Shown here in pieces: positions 32,478-46,362 of a DNA stretch of 64,000 bases (positions are counted from its first letter, which is position 1; every line of letters starts with the position of its first letter). Source of the stretch: Tubulanus polymorphus (Eukaryota > Animalia > Nemertea); contig NC_134025.1 of assembly GCF_964204645.1 (NCBI RefSeq), forward strand, positions 5,952,001-6,016,000, written 5' to 3'. The translations under genes and the position numbers were made by a program. The notes beneath the pieces are model-generated. The model searched no databases and was not told the DNA's origin. It saw only the letters and a list, made by a program, of their open reading frames with translations.

Positions 32478-35400
32478 TGTTCCATTTTTAATTAGAATGG
32501 ATTGAATTAAGAAAGTTCTGTAGCGTGAACACGGCTATTGTTTCACCAATCTGTCCACACTGAAGGGCAGCAGATTCACTGACAAAATTCAATGTGGCTG
32601 CCACAGCTGAATTTTCTCTTACACTTTTCACCCGCTTCAAAGGCAGTTGTATTGTAAGGACTGGACATGTACTGACCAACACTCCTTCATACCACTTGAT
32701 TACATGAATCGTTTTTTCTAAGCAATCAGTGTAAGACGGGCCATTATGCTACAGCCAAAGATTCATTTTTGATTGCTGTCAATCACCTTGCCTGAGTTAT
32801 CAGGAGATTTTGGTGCAAACTCGCCTTAAAATGTGAAAACCATACATGTCTCGGCTTCAATATATCTGAAGCAAGCATCACCTTTATTTCAAATATTATG
32901 TTTATGATATTTTCCTTTATTTCGAGCTATTATCTTTCTCTCCTATGATATATAACCATGTATATTTATTTCAGTATTGTCTGGTGGTCCAACTTGTGGT
33001 GTGAAATCTACGTAATTTTAAATGTAAAAAAAATCATCTCATCTGAAGCTATATATACATATATAAACATAGCTTCTTCATTCTGATTGATAATCTTGTT
33101 ACCTATGGGATGATTGATAAGTGGTTCTTTTTCATGACTCAGGTTTGATGGTTTAGTGATGTTTTATCAAATATATAAGAAGGAATTCACATGACATGAA
33201 CTCACAAGGATTTATTTATTCATGAACCACTTGTCATCAGTCTGTTGGGTAAAAAAATGATTCTATCTTCATAAATAAATGTTTCGCTGGGGTAGGTGCC
33301 CTTAAAATGGTAGCTTTTAAGTTGAACATCTCTAATCAGTATTTGCTCCCTAAGCTTCGATATACTTATCACTATAAAACCATAAGTAATCATTTGAGCT
33401 CCGAAAAATTTGTGTTACATTGGAAAGATACCTTTTGGCTTGTGTGGATTACTTGGAAATATTATATCTGTATAGTGTTTGTCCTGCGCCTTAGGAAAGC
33501 ACTTGAACAACATTATAATAACCAAGTAGAATTGAAGAAATTGATTTAGTCTGTGGTTTTATAGTGTTATGTTTTTTTGTGGTGATCTGAATGATGTACT
33601 GTGATTTCCACGTAATGCTCAGTTTTGAATAAGTCACCAAATCTGACAAATTCTGTCGATATACATTAGGCTGAGGCTTCAGAGAAAGGTCTAACCTTCA
33701 TGGGCCATTATTCAGTGGAATCGCAGGATCAAAAGGATTTGATTTTGATTTTTTTCGTGTCATGATTGCGGCGGATGCAATTTTCATATATCAATAAGTA
33801 GGTAAATATGCTTGTTTACTGTTGATTGCAGAGCAAAAAGCGCATTGCAAGCGAAGTTAGAAGAAAATTAGAAAATAGTTGAGCGATGCGCGACCCCCGA
33901 TGTGCTGATTGATACCTAGGTGATAAGTAAAGGTGATAAGATGTTGTGTGTCAGGGTTTCCCTCAACCGTTTCGTACTCATTTGTGGACAAAAAAGACAT
34001 TAACACAGATGCGTAATTTCTAATATTTCACGCGGTTATATAAGTGTTAGCCGGAAAGGACTCTGCAACTACTGAGGGGGAACTGTACTCATTACATAAT
34101 TGAGAGAAAATGGATGATACATCCATTACGTGCATTAATAACCCCTTCTCTCTCTATCTCTCTATATACGTCTTGTGAATTGTTTGTTATAGAATGGTTC
34201 TTTTTAGAGACATTTATTTAAATCAGTATTCCAAAAGATGAGCAAACGTATCATTGTTGGACATGGTTTTATGGTTACTATGGTTACATTACGAGACGCC
34301 GGCTTCCACGATTTTTTGGATAGTCGTCTTGAGGTTATCGCAATTAGGCCACGAGAGTTATCGATCGATCATTCATATGTGAGGTTTTTCATCTTCCATT
34401 GAAGAGAGTAGTTGTGCAATGTTTTATTGTTGATCTCAAGTTTCAGTCCGAGAAAGAAACTTCATAATATCATCAAAAGTTAGTTTTACATTGGCGATGA
34501 GTTTGGAGCAGTCATATTACACCTTCAATTTGAAGCCTGCAGTAATAACTATTGTATCATTTATTGTACAAAAATCCAAATGAACCGATTATCGACTGTT
34601 TTTGGCCTCTATATGGTTATTGACATGTGATTTAGTGCTCCATATGTATATACATATATTCAAATACATATAAAGAAGTGTGCTTCGTGTTGCCGGAACC
34701 TGCTAGTGATTTCCCGTAAGTCTTCCAGAGAGCATGACGAATTTGTCAACTTTGTTTTGCTGAAATATATCCCATGAATGTGCATATAGTACATGCTTCA
34801 TAAATGTCTTTTTTCTTTATCTTCAGTCGATGTTAGCTCTATATTCTATTCTCACCTCACTCTGTCATGTACACATAGTGTTTAAAATGCAAGACAAAAA
34901 GATCTATCAAATTATATGCTTTATTGTAATAACCCTAACACGCTGCTTTACCCGCTGACGGTTTGGTAAGATTCTTACAAGCTTTGAGTTGGCAGTTCCA
35001 ACTTTCAATACCCACTTTCAACTATGATCATATAGAGGCCTCAACAGATATACCGGTACATACTTTTCATAATCATAATCAAGATATATGTGATTTATTG
35101 ATGTTATGTTAGACTCTTCCTTGGCCTGTTTTTTGCTGTGTAGTATGACTGGGAACTATCTATCCAAGCTTACCATGTAGACTTTGCCTTCTTTGTGATA
35201 GTTTATAGCCATTAACATATTGTGTTGTATTTGACTCTGTATTCAACTTGTAAACAGAGATTTGTATTCAAAACTAAAATAATCTGGAAATAATTTGTGA
35301 ATATTGGTGCATGTGATACAGAGAAAATCAACAGATTTATTCTAGTCATTTTTATGAAAAATGGAAAATGAATCTCTGGATGAGAACCTCAATTGAGAGA

Positions 35401-38400
35401 ATACTCCTTATGATAATGGTACTGACTTAATTTCCAAAGATACTCCATTCTTTTAAGCAATTTGGAAATCATAAACATGGAAAGAATCAACTAGCGGTAA
35501 AGTGAGATGAAGTCTATGCCATTTTCATGGTTTAACAATTTCTGATTCATCACGAAGTCTCCACAATCTATGAACTAACTGAAAGAAGTATTCTCCCATA
35601 GCAAATCATTGTAACTTATTTACTCTACATCTATTTAAATTGCACACTTTTTGGAAGGTGACGGGTACCAGGTGGCATAATATAAGATCTCAATCCTGTG
35701 TCTTAGGAAATCTTTCGTTTACTCAATTATTCATTCATTTATCTAAATGGGGTAACTATAGGAAATATTCAGGATTTTGTGTTTGGATGCTATATTATGT
35801 TTTTTTGCTATTGAATAATTTTTTCATCTCAATCATAATCGATTGAATGCATTTACTTAAACTAGAATCATCATTGTTAATTTGTTATAGTTATGTATAG
35901 TAGATATGAAATTATTTTTATGTTTTATGTTATTCGATGCAAGTCACCTGTAATTTGGGTGAAATTGGCTGCAGTTGAAAATGCATGTTTAGATTGCTAG
36001 TATTGGATGGTTCTTGTGCTATTGACAACTTGTTACGATACACTTACCTTAGATTCAGTGGAAGAGGTAAGGAACTGGTAGATTGATTCAACACAGTGTA
36101 TGTTATATGGGTATGCATTGCACGCTATGGCATAGATAATGAAAGATTGAGTAAGGATTCTATAACAATGTGTTTATTAATTTTTGGTAGTGAAATATTA
36201 GTTAGACATGAAGATGCCTGGTATGTTGTGAGCTACTGCAGGATGTGCTTCCTAATATTCATGGGAGAATATAGATACGAGAAGAGAATGGATTGTATAA
36301 AGCGTATACTGCTTATCCAGAGGCCCTTCTTGTAACTTCCTTCCCTTGTTTTGGGAATTTACCCAGCAAGCTGACCACGTTATACCTTAGAGCGATTGAG
36401 TGTAAAGCAAGTTGCTTAAGTATACTCTTTTTATGAGTATTTCCAACCTTCGACTTGAGACCTTGACCATTCAATACCAAGCGATCTTTCTTTTTCAATA
36501 TTGCTGGTGACTTCGTCTATTTAACCGAGGTGCTGAAAAATTATTTTACTGCTTGGTTTCATTCACTTTTATCACTGCTGTTTGATTATATATGAGAGAT
36601 TATCGATATGAATCCAATTGAATTACATTATGTTGATGTGTATTTTTGAACACATTTTGAAGATTTCACCAAATTTTAGCGCTGATATCTGATGGCAATG
36701 TTCATTATATTTTGGAGTCGAAAGCCTACAATTCCTACCTATCTCAGTATAATGTTCAAATGAAATATACATGTAATTTTACTGATTAGCCTGTGCAGCT
36801 TGAGCTTATATGACGAACAGGGAAGCTACAAGATTAGAAATGTTGATTCGGGCTAAATCAAAGAAATTTTGTAAATACAAAAAAAATGTATGGAACATAT
36901 TCCAATATAACCTTATATCCTATGTAACTGCAACCAACTCGTAAAGTTGAGTGTATAATAAAGAATGTACAATCAAAGATTTGTTAGTTCAAGCATTTGT
37001 ATATATATGTATATACATGTACATTGTGTACATTTTTCAAGCAAAGACTGCATACAAAACATTTTTAAAAAGTACTGAATTGGTGGTGGTGGCGATGATG
37101 GCATCAAATATTGCATTACCGGAGAAGAGGCTCTCTAAGGTGGATTCATCCTTGCGATGTGGCTTTGTCTTCTAGAAACTATTGATTAGTTCTATTCAGG
37201 AAATATGTGATATGTGCTTTACAAAAAGACTCGACTCTTCCATCAGAGAAATCAATTGTGTTGGAAAAAAGAGCCATGAAATTCAAAGAAGAACTCAAGA
37301 AGACATTATGATGATGGCATACAATTTATTGGGCAGTTTTTTGACAACTCTTAACTGCAACTGTTTCAATAGCTTCCATTATCTCCACATTACTACTATA
37401 ATATTATTATTGTTATTATTATTTATTGTTCACATACATAATACGAATAGTATTTTTCAATCCTTCATTCTATCTGTTCTTGTACATTAATATACATAAG
37501 AATAGTCCAGCTATTATCAATATATGGTAACTGTATATCTATATTGAAATTCTGTGCGTGCAGAAACAACATTATCAAAATCATATTGTGTCATCTTGTC
37601 AAATGCTATTATGCATTTTCATTTTCTGTAAAGGTTATTTTGTTAAGTATTTGAAGGTTTATTTTTATCATGGCCATCTCATTCTGTGATGGCTTTCCTG
37701 TGTTATGTACGTGTTGTATGTGTATCCATTAAACTGGAAATAGTCTTGTCTAAATGTACTCATCTGACGGGACGTCTGGTGACTGGGACTTTTGAAACCT
37801 GTCCTACCCATGTAGTAGTTTACTAGGCAACTTTTCTATGGTTTCAATGTCACTGTATATAAAATACATCAGTATTTGATATTGTAGATAAAGGCTTTGT
37901 CAGTGTCCTGTTACTCTTGGGTACCTAGTAGTCATTGTTCATATAACATTCAGATCAATTCTGTACTCGGTAGCTTCATGTTCATCACACTATATTTGTT
38001 ATATTAAATGGATCTTCGATTCACGAAGGTCGTGCTACACGTAAAAATCAAATTCAAAACAGGATGGAATACATATTATGTTTAATGTTTGAATAATTAT
38101 TGTGATCAAGTTGATTGATTTTTTTGATTGAGTTTGGGAATTTGTGAAAATATGAAGAAATGTTACTTCGTTACTTGGAACAACCTCTCGTCATGCATGT
38201 ATCATTCTTTATGAGCTCAGATTGTATATGGGTAATCCTATGTATCCAGAAAGCCATGTGAAAGAACAAAAGAGGCTTATGATATTGTCATAATAAACTG
38301 TATTTGTAATGCACAAAAGAAGAATCTGCACACTCCGGTTCAGCAGCCATAATAACATTTGTATGTACAGAGACGATGATGGTATTTGAAATCATACAAA

Positions 38401-39879
38401 CCATAGCAAACGTGTAATAAAGAATTAAAATATTCGATACAAGTTGAAATCAGGAATAGCAGTCTTTTTTAAGATGTTGTCGAGTGCTAATGGATACAGT
38501 TCCATCTGAGTTGTATAAATGTAGGTATCCGGATAGGTTCGTTTGGAAAACCTTTGAAAATGTTACGAACATTGATTGAAGCTAATTAATTTCACGTGAG
38601 TATACATGATCTTAGATGGAGCTGTATTTTTGATTCTTGCAACTAATTATTAGTTTGTGTTATGAACTATAATTTGTTCTCGGTGTTTCATCCTACCCAT
38701 TGTACATTAAAAAAACAGAAAATATTCTTTCTCTTTAAAAATGTGCTACAACTTTAATTTGTGAAGATTTGCCTCTAAAAATAATAAAAGCAATTAATAG
38801 TTAACTAATTTTAATTTCTGTTGTCAGTTTAACGTGTCCATAGTATCGCTGCATTTTGGACCACAAGTACATGAGGAACATAGGAAAATAAATACATGTA
38901 GTCCCGAAAAAAGCCCCTCAAGACATGCCCATGTCATTTATATTGGCAATCAAATAAAATACGAACATATTGATAGGATCGAGATAAATATTTACTTTTT
39001 CACCGAAAATTGTGTGTAACAGCCCAGCTGTCACCGAATAAATATCTTTCTTTGTGAAGCATGTATGACAAATTAATACTGATGCAATATTTTATAGTGG
39101 CTATAGGTTAACCCTACTATTGTATTTCATAGGCTGGGTGAATACTTTGTCTTGAAAAATCCGAGGGGTTATATTAGAATAACTCAAGAGTTTTTATTTC
39201 ATTCTCTTTCAAATAAATGATTAGGTAAAGGTACTGGGGGTCTTCTGGACTTGTGTATAAATCCTCATATGGTTTGTAGTAGTGAGGCTTAAGCAAAAGT
39301 AAGCACTTATTAGCAATTTTGGTGATCAAAACCAAAAACATATATACCTAATTGAGAATTGTCTTTGAACGGTCGAAGTGGACAAATTATGTGTCATTTG
39401 GGGCTGGACTCTTAAAACAGCGTTGAAACTACTTAACTGACAATTTTGTCTATAAAAGACTTATTTCTAAAGGGGTAAATTTCAATCTTAGTTTCTATTT
39501 TTGTTGAGGAGAGGACTACGGGTGTTTGCACTCTACATTGATTATTTTCTCTACATTGATTACTAACACTGTAGTTTGCACTTGCCTCAGATCGCACGGG
39601 ACCAATAAATTTTGATTATTTCATAATGTGCTGATCAACACTTCTGACAAACTTTTCAAATAACTTGTAATTCGATCAGACTTTTGTGAAAATGAAGCAC
39701 AAATCAGGGTCTTTGCAATTTTTTTCCCAAAAATTAGCGAGTTGACTTTGCTTCAAATGATGCCTCAGGCTTTCCACAGCTTTCATTGTCTTGTGGCTCA
39801 TTAACTCCTTATTTTTGACTGGATTGAAAAAATAAGAAACAAGTCACTATGTGCACTTTTATCATGACAGGTACTATGA

Positions 39880-39885
39880 TTTATT
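39880..39885 (-). terminator. Probable polyadenylation signal of NAA80
   Basis: AATAAA on - strand ~135 nt after the stop codon. Confidence 0.55.
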
Positions 39886-40017
39886 CAATAACAGTTTAAA
39901 ATTCTGTACAAAATACAAAGATAATCACGTATTAATTGTTAAAATGATCTAACTTTTCTAAAATTAGTTTCATACGGGTCTAAGTACATTTGTAGATATA
40001 AAAGATTGTGTATATGA

Positions 40018-40206
40018 CTACTTCAATATCTTTCTCATCCAGGCAATCAAATGACTGTTTAGCATTGTTGTAGTAGATGGAACTGGGGGTGGTGGTGGGG
40101 GTGGGGGTGGTGGTGCAGCAGTAGACGACCGACTGGTATGCGATGAAACACTCGACTCATGGGTTGAACTTGTAGTATTTTTCTGGCTGACGAAGAGATT
40201 CGCAAA
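40018..40206 (-). CDS. NAA80: NAA80 coding exon 5 (poly-proline loop, stop)
   Basis: ttttag|FANLFVSQKN..AAPPPPPPPPPPVPSTTTMLNSHLIAWMRKILK* (TAG at 40020-40018). Confidence 0.9.
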   Translation of the reverse strand, partial: FANLFVSQKNTTSSTHESSVSSHTSRSSTAAPPPPPPPPPPVPSTTTMLNSHLIAWMRKILK

Positions 40207-41750
40207 CTAAAAACAGAGAAGTCGAGTCTATTTTATCCGACAATTCCCTCAATAACAAGCCTCATTGTTATCTACAGACAGCCATGTATGAATATATATA
40301 TATATATATATAGATATTGCCAGTTATGATGGTCATATCAATTATTTATGCACACATGTTTGTTTCAGTAACAGATGTCCAGGTGGATTTTCATCCCTTC
40401 TATATACCAGAAGATAGAAGAGTCACTGAAATTGTGCAGACATATTTTCAACTCTGATTAACCACAATTTTCATGTTCAGCGCTTTTTGGACCATTAATT
40501 AACCATCAGAATTTTGGGCAAAATTACTTCTAATGTAAAATTATCTGTGTATAGCTAGATATAGTAACACCTGACAAATTTCACTGGCAATCTCATATCA
40601 ACCAATGAGTGGCTACCAGTAGGTCTACTGCGCTAGAATATATGCTAACCTTTTTATCAGCTATCAGATGAGAGCTATTGCCAAGAGACACGACTGGCTG
40701 ACAAAATTCATATCCTAGGTGTTGATAAAAGTTCTGTTTGTCGTGGGTAGTTAAATAACAGCTTGTGAAATTCAACCTACAAAATAATATCAACAACAAC
40801 ACTGAAACTGAATTGTTTAACAGAGATGTCAGTTGCTCTGAACAATTAATACTATTATCAGATCATTTCATAAATATTTTATGTTGGCAATGATATGATT
40901 ATTGGAGGGTGTAAAGATATACCAAACCAAGCTGTTATACATACATTACTGCATGCTGTTCAGTCATATTCATGAGAACTCTACCATAACCTTTGCCCCT
41001 TTCACTTTTACGAACTACAACTAAAATTACATGCAAATTATGATTAATACCAGCAAACAAAATCAATTACTTCAATTGAGGGTATTCTTTTCATTTAAAT
41101 CTTAGTTCCCACCCTTAGTCTCCAACATTCAGTTCTAACCCCTGGAAGAATTAAAATATTCACCAATTATCTTATCTGTTCACATGGAAAAGGTCACTTG
41201 GAAATGTACAGGGAACTTTGATCAGGCAGTACTTCTATAGTTCAAGCACACTGGAGTTTCTATTTATATGATATAATACCTGATTCAACGAAACAAGCTG
41301 ATGAAATTCCACAAACTGGACACAAACGACTGTATCCAATCACAACCTTATCTTTCAGCAATACCAATGAATACGGATAGTTAGCCGATGATTTCTCTAA
41401 ACTGTGTAGCCTGTAATGATATTCTTGAACTTAGGGGGTGCCAGTATAGGTGTATCGTATGAAGCCTAATTGTGAACAAAATTCTTTCTCACTCGCAGGA
41501 ATCATTGATTAAATGTTAGAGGGAGATTAAGCCAAGTTTCTGTTCTATTTATTGCACGATGGTTCTCCTATACTCAGTTATAGAAAGTTTATTCCAGATA
41601 GACTCGAATTATATTAACAATTTTCTTATAAACAATACACATATTCTTTACGAACCTTGCAGATAAACTACGAGGCCATTCTTCGTTTAGAATAAAGGCG
41701 GCAGCTTCTGTGAGATCACGATTCTCGTGTAATGGTACTAATTCGAACAT
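40018..41750 (-). CDS. NAA80: N-alpha-acetyltransferase 80 (actin-specific NatH, GNAT fold), 5 coding exons, 205 aa
   Basis: Exons 41750-41656, 41410-41280, 41020-40945, 40776-40650 and 40206-40018 join in frame: MFELVPLHEN..ILNEEWPRSLSARLHSLEKSS..VVIGYSRL..FVESVVVRKSERGKGYGRVLM (acetyl-CoA motif)..YLTTHDKQNFYQHLGY..(P)10..WMRKILK*. The WPRS, LTTHD, poly-Pro loop and terminal WMxK motifs match NAA80. Confidence 0.93.
40650..40776 (-). CDS. NAA80: NAA80 coding exon 4
   Basis: ttgtag|...|gttagc; LNFTSCYLTTHDKQNFYQHLGYEFCQPVVSLGNSSHLIADKK. Confidence 0.9.
40945..41020 (-). CDS. NAA80: NAA80 coding exon 3
   Basis: ttttag|...|gtatgt; VVVRKSERGKGYGRVLMNMTEQHAVM. Confidence 0.9.
41280..41410 (-). 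CDS. NAA80: NAA80 coding exon 2
   Basis: ttacag|...|gtatta; LHSLEKSSANYPYSLVLLKDKVVIGYSRLCPVCGISSACFVES. Confidence 0.9.
41656..41750 (-). CDS. NAA80: NAA80 coding exon 1
   Basis: ATG at 41750, in-frame TAA upstream, acceptor tttcag| before 41781; donor GCAAG|gttcgt. Confidence 0.9.
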
Positions 41751-44498
41751 ATCTAATTATCCACTCCCAGCTATCAGTGACCTGAAATTAGCTTAACATT
41801 ATGAGTATATATGCTTTAAATAGACAAATAATTCCTAGCCATAGATAAAGATTGATGCTCTACGGGTAGCACATTCAGAATTTTGACTTCCTGTTGTTTT
41901 GAAAAAATGATATAATCCTTCAATAGGCGCGCAAGAATGCTATTCCTGGAGATATGTTCCTCTGATGCAAAAGCAAGCAGCACTAAAAACTAAGTCTTAC
42001 CATATCAATTGTACGTTCAATCAACCTTTTATTAGTAGAATAATGGTTATAGAAGAAAAACACAAATAAATCCATATCTCTATTACATACATCGAAAACA
42101 CTTTCTCAAAATAATTAACACTGGTTGAAAATTTTGTCATAGCTGTGCATTACAAATTTGTTCCCTTTAAGGTACAGCCCAATATACATTTCTGTGGTGC
42201 TTTTTCTCATCATTTTTGAAGATTGGGTTGAAGGGTTTGGTGTCAATTTGAATAAATTCCACAGTAAAATCACATGTATATCAATACAAAACAGATAAAC
42301 ACACAGTTTATTCTCATAACAGCTCCCACAAATCTGTATAGTAAGCAAGGTTGAAAACGGTGCCATGATAAAAGTATGCAAGCTGGTGCTAAGTAACTGC
42401 AATTTTTTCCTGCATTTATTATCAGAACATTGTTGTGTACACTTAAACAGTTTAGTCACTATTCCCGTTGTTTTATGGGAAGCCATTCTGAGCTGTTCAG
42501 TTTGAACTAGCAGAAAGGGATAAATCCTATACAAAATATAACGATTTCATCTACAAAAATGTACTTTCTTTCAATATAACAAGCACATGACGTTGTCGGT
42601 TCCTTAGGAATTAGTCAGGGCAGTCGGCATGCTTATTCGATTCCTTACTTAAACTACTGGAATGATTTTTCTAATTAACTAATTAATATATTGCAACAAA
42701 GTCAATCAAGGTACCTTCTTTTCTTCCACACAGGTCAGGGTAACACCAAGCTATATGATACATATACATATATACAAAATGCTGCAACTGATGCATAGTA
42801 TACTCTTACACATAATAATACAATTTTTATTTCAAAATGGTCATTTCATCATTATAAAAGATTTAATTGATAGAAAACCCATTTGATGTTAGAAAAGGTT
42901 CCAGTTTTATCGATCCGTAACTCAGGAAATCATGTAGTAATAATAGCAAACTATGAGTGACAAATCGTGAAACGTTCCTGTCTATAAAACCAGCCCCAAT
43001 CATACATTTAGAAAGTTCTATGCATTTCATGCTAATTTCGACGTTTTCCTGACCATTTCAAATATGCCTAATGCAATACAAGTATCAATTTGTCATGCAT
43101 TTGCAATCATTGTACAACAGGCCAGACTTAAAATTAATATTAACAAATTTCATCTCTCACACCACTTCAAACACAGTCGAGAGATTAATTCAATTCTGAA
43201 CCCAATATAAACAATACTACATTATGAAGATTAATTTATAATTTACAGACTGCTAATATTATGATAAATACGAAGCTGTTTGGCACTGTACATAACATTT
43301 TATGAAAATTGATGTATGATTGCTTTCCCGATGATTAAACGTAAGGAAGAATGCACAGCAGGCTAGCACGCTTAGGAAATTCTGGCGAAGTGAGCACGGA
43401 TACTATTCCAACCGGTTACAAACAGTCTGATAATATCAGTGCACATTCCTCGATGAGAATGTTATTATCTATGGCAGAGAAATTCCGGTATTTCTATTTT
43501 CCCTCGAAATATTGAGCTAATGTATGCACAACGAATGGTTACAATGATGACATTAATTAAGCGATAATAATAGAAACCACATGACCGGGAAAAAATTAAC
43601 CTACAGCTAAACTACTCGAAGGGTCAGTGAATATAAGTAAATTGCATTTAACATCGGAGATCAATAAGCTAATATTTAATCATTTACTAATATTATGAAT
43701 TATATTAGCCCTGAGTAACATAATAACAATTTTGCCGTTGATTATTCATTTTAAATCAGTGCTACATTAATGCAGTTGAATAAAACTTGGTTCTCATTGA
43801 TGATCTCGTGAAACTGCCCATACTTTTGATAAAAAAAAACTTTTTCGGGAAGCCGGCCTTAGTCTTTATTGCATCAAAATTTGTATCAATTAAAAAACTA
43901 TGACACAGTATCACATCTGTGCTGTATGATTGCTTAATGATATGTCTATAAACTTCAATTTAAAGTTAAGAACAAAAGAGGCCATTCCACAGTCTAGAGC
44001 AAAGATAAAACCAGAGAACCCAGTTACAAAGTCATGACTTCAAGAGTTAAGTCGTGATGTCAAAAAGTGGAATAGAGCTATGGTTTTATACAGGTCTAAA
44101 ATCTAAGTCATGACCATGCAACTGGTCCCCGGATAAGTTGAATTTGGTTTCTGATCATTTAAGTTGGGCCAGTCCCGAGGATCTATTTACACAATACATT
44201 CCTTGATTGATAGGTTTAGGTATTACAGCGATATTTACGGAATATATCTTTAAGCAACGAAAAAACTAAATTTTACATAAGAAAGAGCACGCAACTGAAA
44301 ATGCATGCAAATTTCCGAAAAACGAACACTAGGAATATTACAGACGTCAAAATTGAATAAGGGGTGTTACAGTGAAAATCATTATTAACCTAGGTGCATT
44401 ATTTCGAATGAGTGAAAATACATAGATAATACTGAAAAACTAACTGGCCCATTTCCAGAGTTCAAGAGTCAACCATACAACGACCTGGAATTGGCTTC

Positions 44499-44563
44499 AG
44501 ACAGTACTGTGTATGCGACTGAGATGTAGTAAGACAGTACTGCGTATGCGACTGAGATGTAGT
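44499..44563. repeat. 2 x 33-bp tandem repeat in the probable atlastin 3' UTR
   Basis: agacagtactg[t/c]gtatgcgactgagatgtagta occurs twice. Confidence 0.85.
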
Positions 44564-44715
44564 ACTTAGAAATAACGGTTTTCACGGATGTAAATTTACG
44601 GGTGTATAAAATCGCGCTATTGATAGATTAAAAATGGCTAATTTGATTTCTTCAGGTTGTTCTTCGTAGCAAAAACAGTCCGGGGGGTTTTAAATATAGG
44701 TATTGAAAACGTCCA

Positions 44716-46362
44716 TCAGTGAGTCTTGGTTTTTTTATTACCCGAAGTCAGCGCCGAGTTTGCTAATTTGTGCTGAATACTTTTCTGCAACAGCTGCATA
44801 TAGATTGGACAGAGCACTTTTTCCCAGATATGATCCGCTAAACTGTCTATATGTATACCGATACCGCGACAGTCCCCGCTATAACGAACATACGACCAAA
44901 CGCTGAACAAAACCACTGATAATCCGAGAATAATATTGAACAGATTAGCCAACGATTCGAGCCCGATAAATCCGAACACGCCCGATACGATATAACAAAC
45001 GGCCATAATAACGAACAACGTGGCCGGGGTACGCGCTGCGCTGAATATATTTTTACTGTCGTTATGTTTGACGAAGTTCTCGTACAGTTCATCCAAATCG
45101 ACGTCGAGTTTCTCCGCGTACCGTTCGCTGAACGACGGCCCTCCCATTTTCTTTGTATTAATGAACAGCGACGTGGCGAGTCTTTTGCATCGATTGTGTT
45201 CGCTTTCTAATAACTGCGGACCCATGTACGGTTTGTCGCCGCCGCAAACTTTCTCCATCTCTTTGTTGTACGTATCTTTCGCGTTTGCTACAGCGGCGAG
45301 GTTATTTGCTTCGGCAGTTGCTTCTAACATCGATTTCGGTTCGGGTAATTCGTCGCCTTGATAGATTTTGACGTACGCCTTGAAATATTCGAGTAATTCT
45401 TTCCCCGTCACCTTACAGCCGTTGATTTCTTTGACGATCAGATTTTTCGGCGACAGAAGCGCTGGAACAAGTTTTTTCAACTGTTCCTGAAAGTCGAGTT
45501 CGATATCGGCGATACGACCGTCGAAATGCGGATTCGTAGCGACTTTCAAACCCGGGTGCGGCATCAAGAAACAACTTATTTTTTGAAAACACGAACGGAT
45601 ATGTTGACGAATTTGTTGCAATTCGGGATGTTGTCGGTCGCTCGGTTGAAGACGTCTTTCTAATATTATATCACCTCCTTCTTCGCCAAACGGGGCTTCG
45701 TAAGGAAAACACCAATCACGTACGAGGAATTGAAGCATCTGAAACGGTTTCGCGTTGTTGTTGTCTTCTAAAGCGAGTCGACCATATTCAGTAAATAGTT
45801 GTAAATGCTGCAAATCGTCTTCTTGTATATTCATAGATATATTGTATACTTGTACGGAGCTGACCATCGTGCTGAGCGCGAACACCGTTGCGCAGTCTTT
45901 CACCGTCGACTGACTATCGAACGCGCCCTGAGTATCCATCAACAGAAGGCTGACATCGTCTCCGTTCGGCAACTTGAACACGAATGGCTCGCTCCACATC
46001 AATATTCCAGTTGTGTCTCGTTCGGAACCGCCGCGCCATGAGAATCCCTCCAACGGAGTGTTAGCATCGCCGAGCCAGTTCTGATCTCCCGATCCTCTGA
46101 GATAGCGTAAAAAGAAATCAAGTAGAAACGATTTCCCTTTTCTAAATGCTCCGGCCACGGATACAATTACGACGTATTTGTCTCTAACCCGTTCATCGGA
46201 TAGAATTTCTTGGAGAGCTTCTTCATTTAATTCGAATGTGTGGTCGTCAGTTGCAGTTATTATCTGGATGGGCTGTCCTTTCAATCTAGATCCATTTAAT
46301 GAGAGTGGAGGTTGATAATTAGATGAATCTAACGCTGGTTTTTTCACTGAAGCGTCCGCCAT
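44716..46362 (-). CDS. ATL: Atlastin (ER-fusion dynamin-like GTPase), single-exon CDS, 548 aa
   Basis: First ATG at 46362 (MADASVKK; the ORF track starts earlier at a GTG). Motifs: G1 GAFRKGKS, G2 [10 protein letters not shown]3 DTQG, G4 RD, 3-helix bundle ([16 protein letters not shown]), TM hairpin, amphipathic tail and a terminal KxKxx (KTKTH). Confidence 0.97.
   Translation of the reverse strand: MADASVKKPALDSSNYQPPLSLNGSRLKGQPIQIITATDDHTFELNEEALQEILSDERVRDKYVVIVSVAGAFRKGKSFLLDFFLRYLRGSGDQNWLGDANTPLEGFSWRGGSERDTTGILMWSEPFVFKLPNGDDVSLLLMDTQGAFDSQSTVKDCATVFALSTMVSSVQVYNISMNIQEDDLQHLQLFTEYGRLALEDNNNAKPFQMLQFLVRDWCFPYEAPFGEEGGDIILERRLQPSDRQHPELQQIRQHIRSCFQKISCFLMPHPGLKVATNPHFDGRIADIELDFQEQLKKLVPALLSPKNLIVKEINGCKVTGKELLEYFKAYVKIYQGDELPEPKSMLEATAEANNLAAVANAKDTYNKEMEKVCGGDKPYMGPQLLESEHNRCKRLATSLFINTKKMGGPSFSERYAEKLDVDLDELYENFVKHNDSKNIFSAARTPATLFVIMAVCYIVSGVFGFIGLESLANLFNIILGLSVVLFSVWSYVRYSGDCRGIGIHIDSLADHIWEKVLCPIYMQLLQKSIQHKLANSALTSGNKKTKTH

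Noticed and set aside
42115-42534. 139-aa - strand ORF between atlastin and NAA80
   Set aside because: Non-ATG start, AT-rich UTR-like composition and no motif.
44703-46041. Short + strand and alternative-frame ORFs overlapping atlastin
   Set aside because: Shadows of a relatively GC-rich CDS; no recognisable domains.
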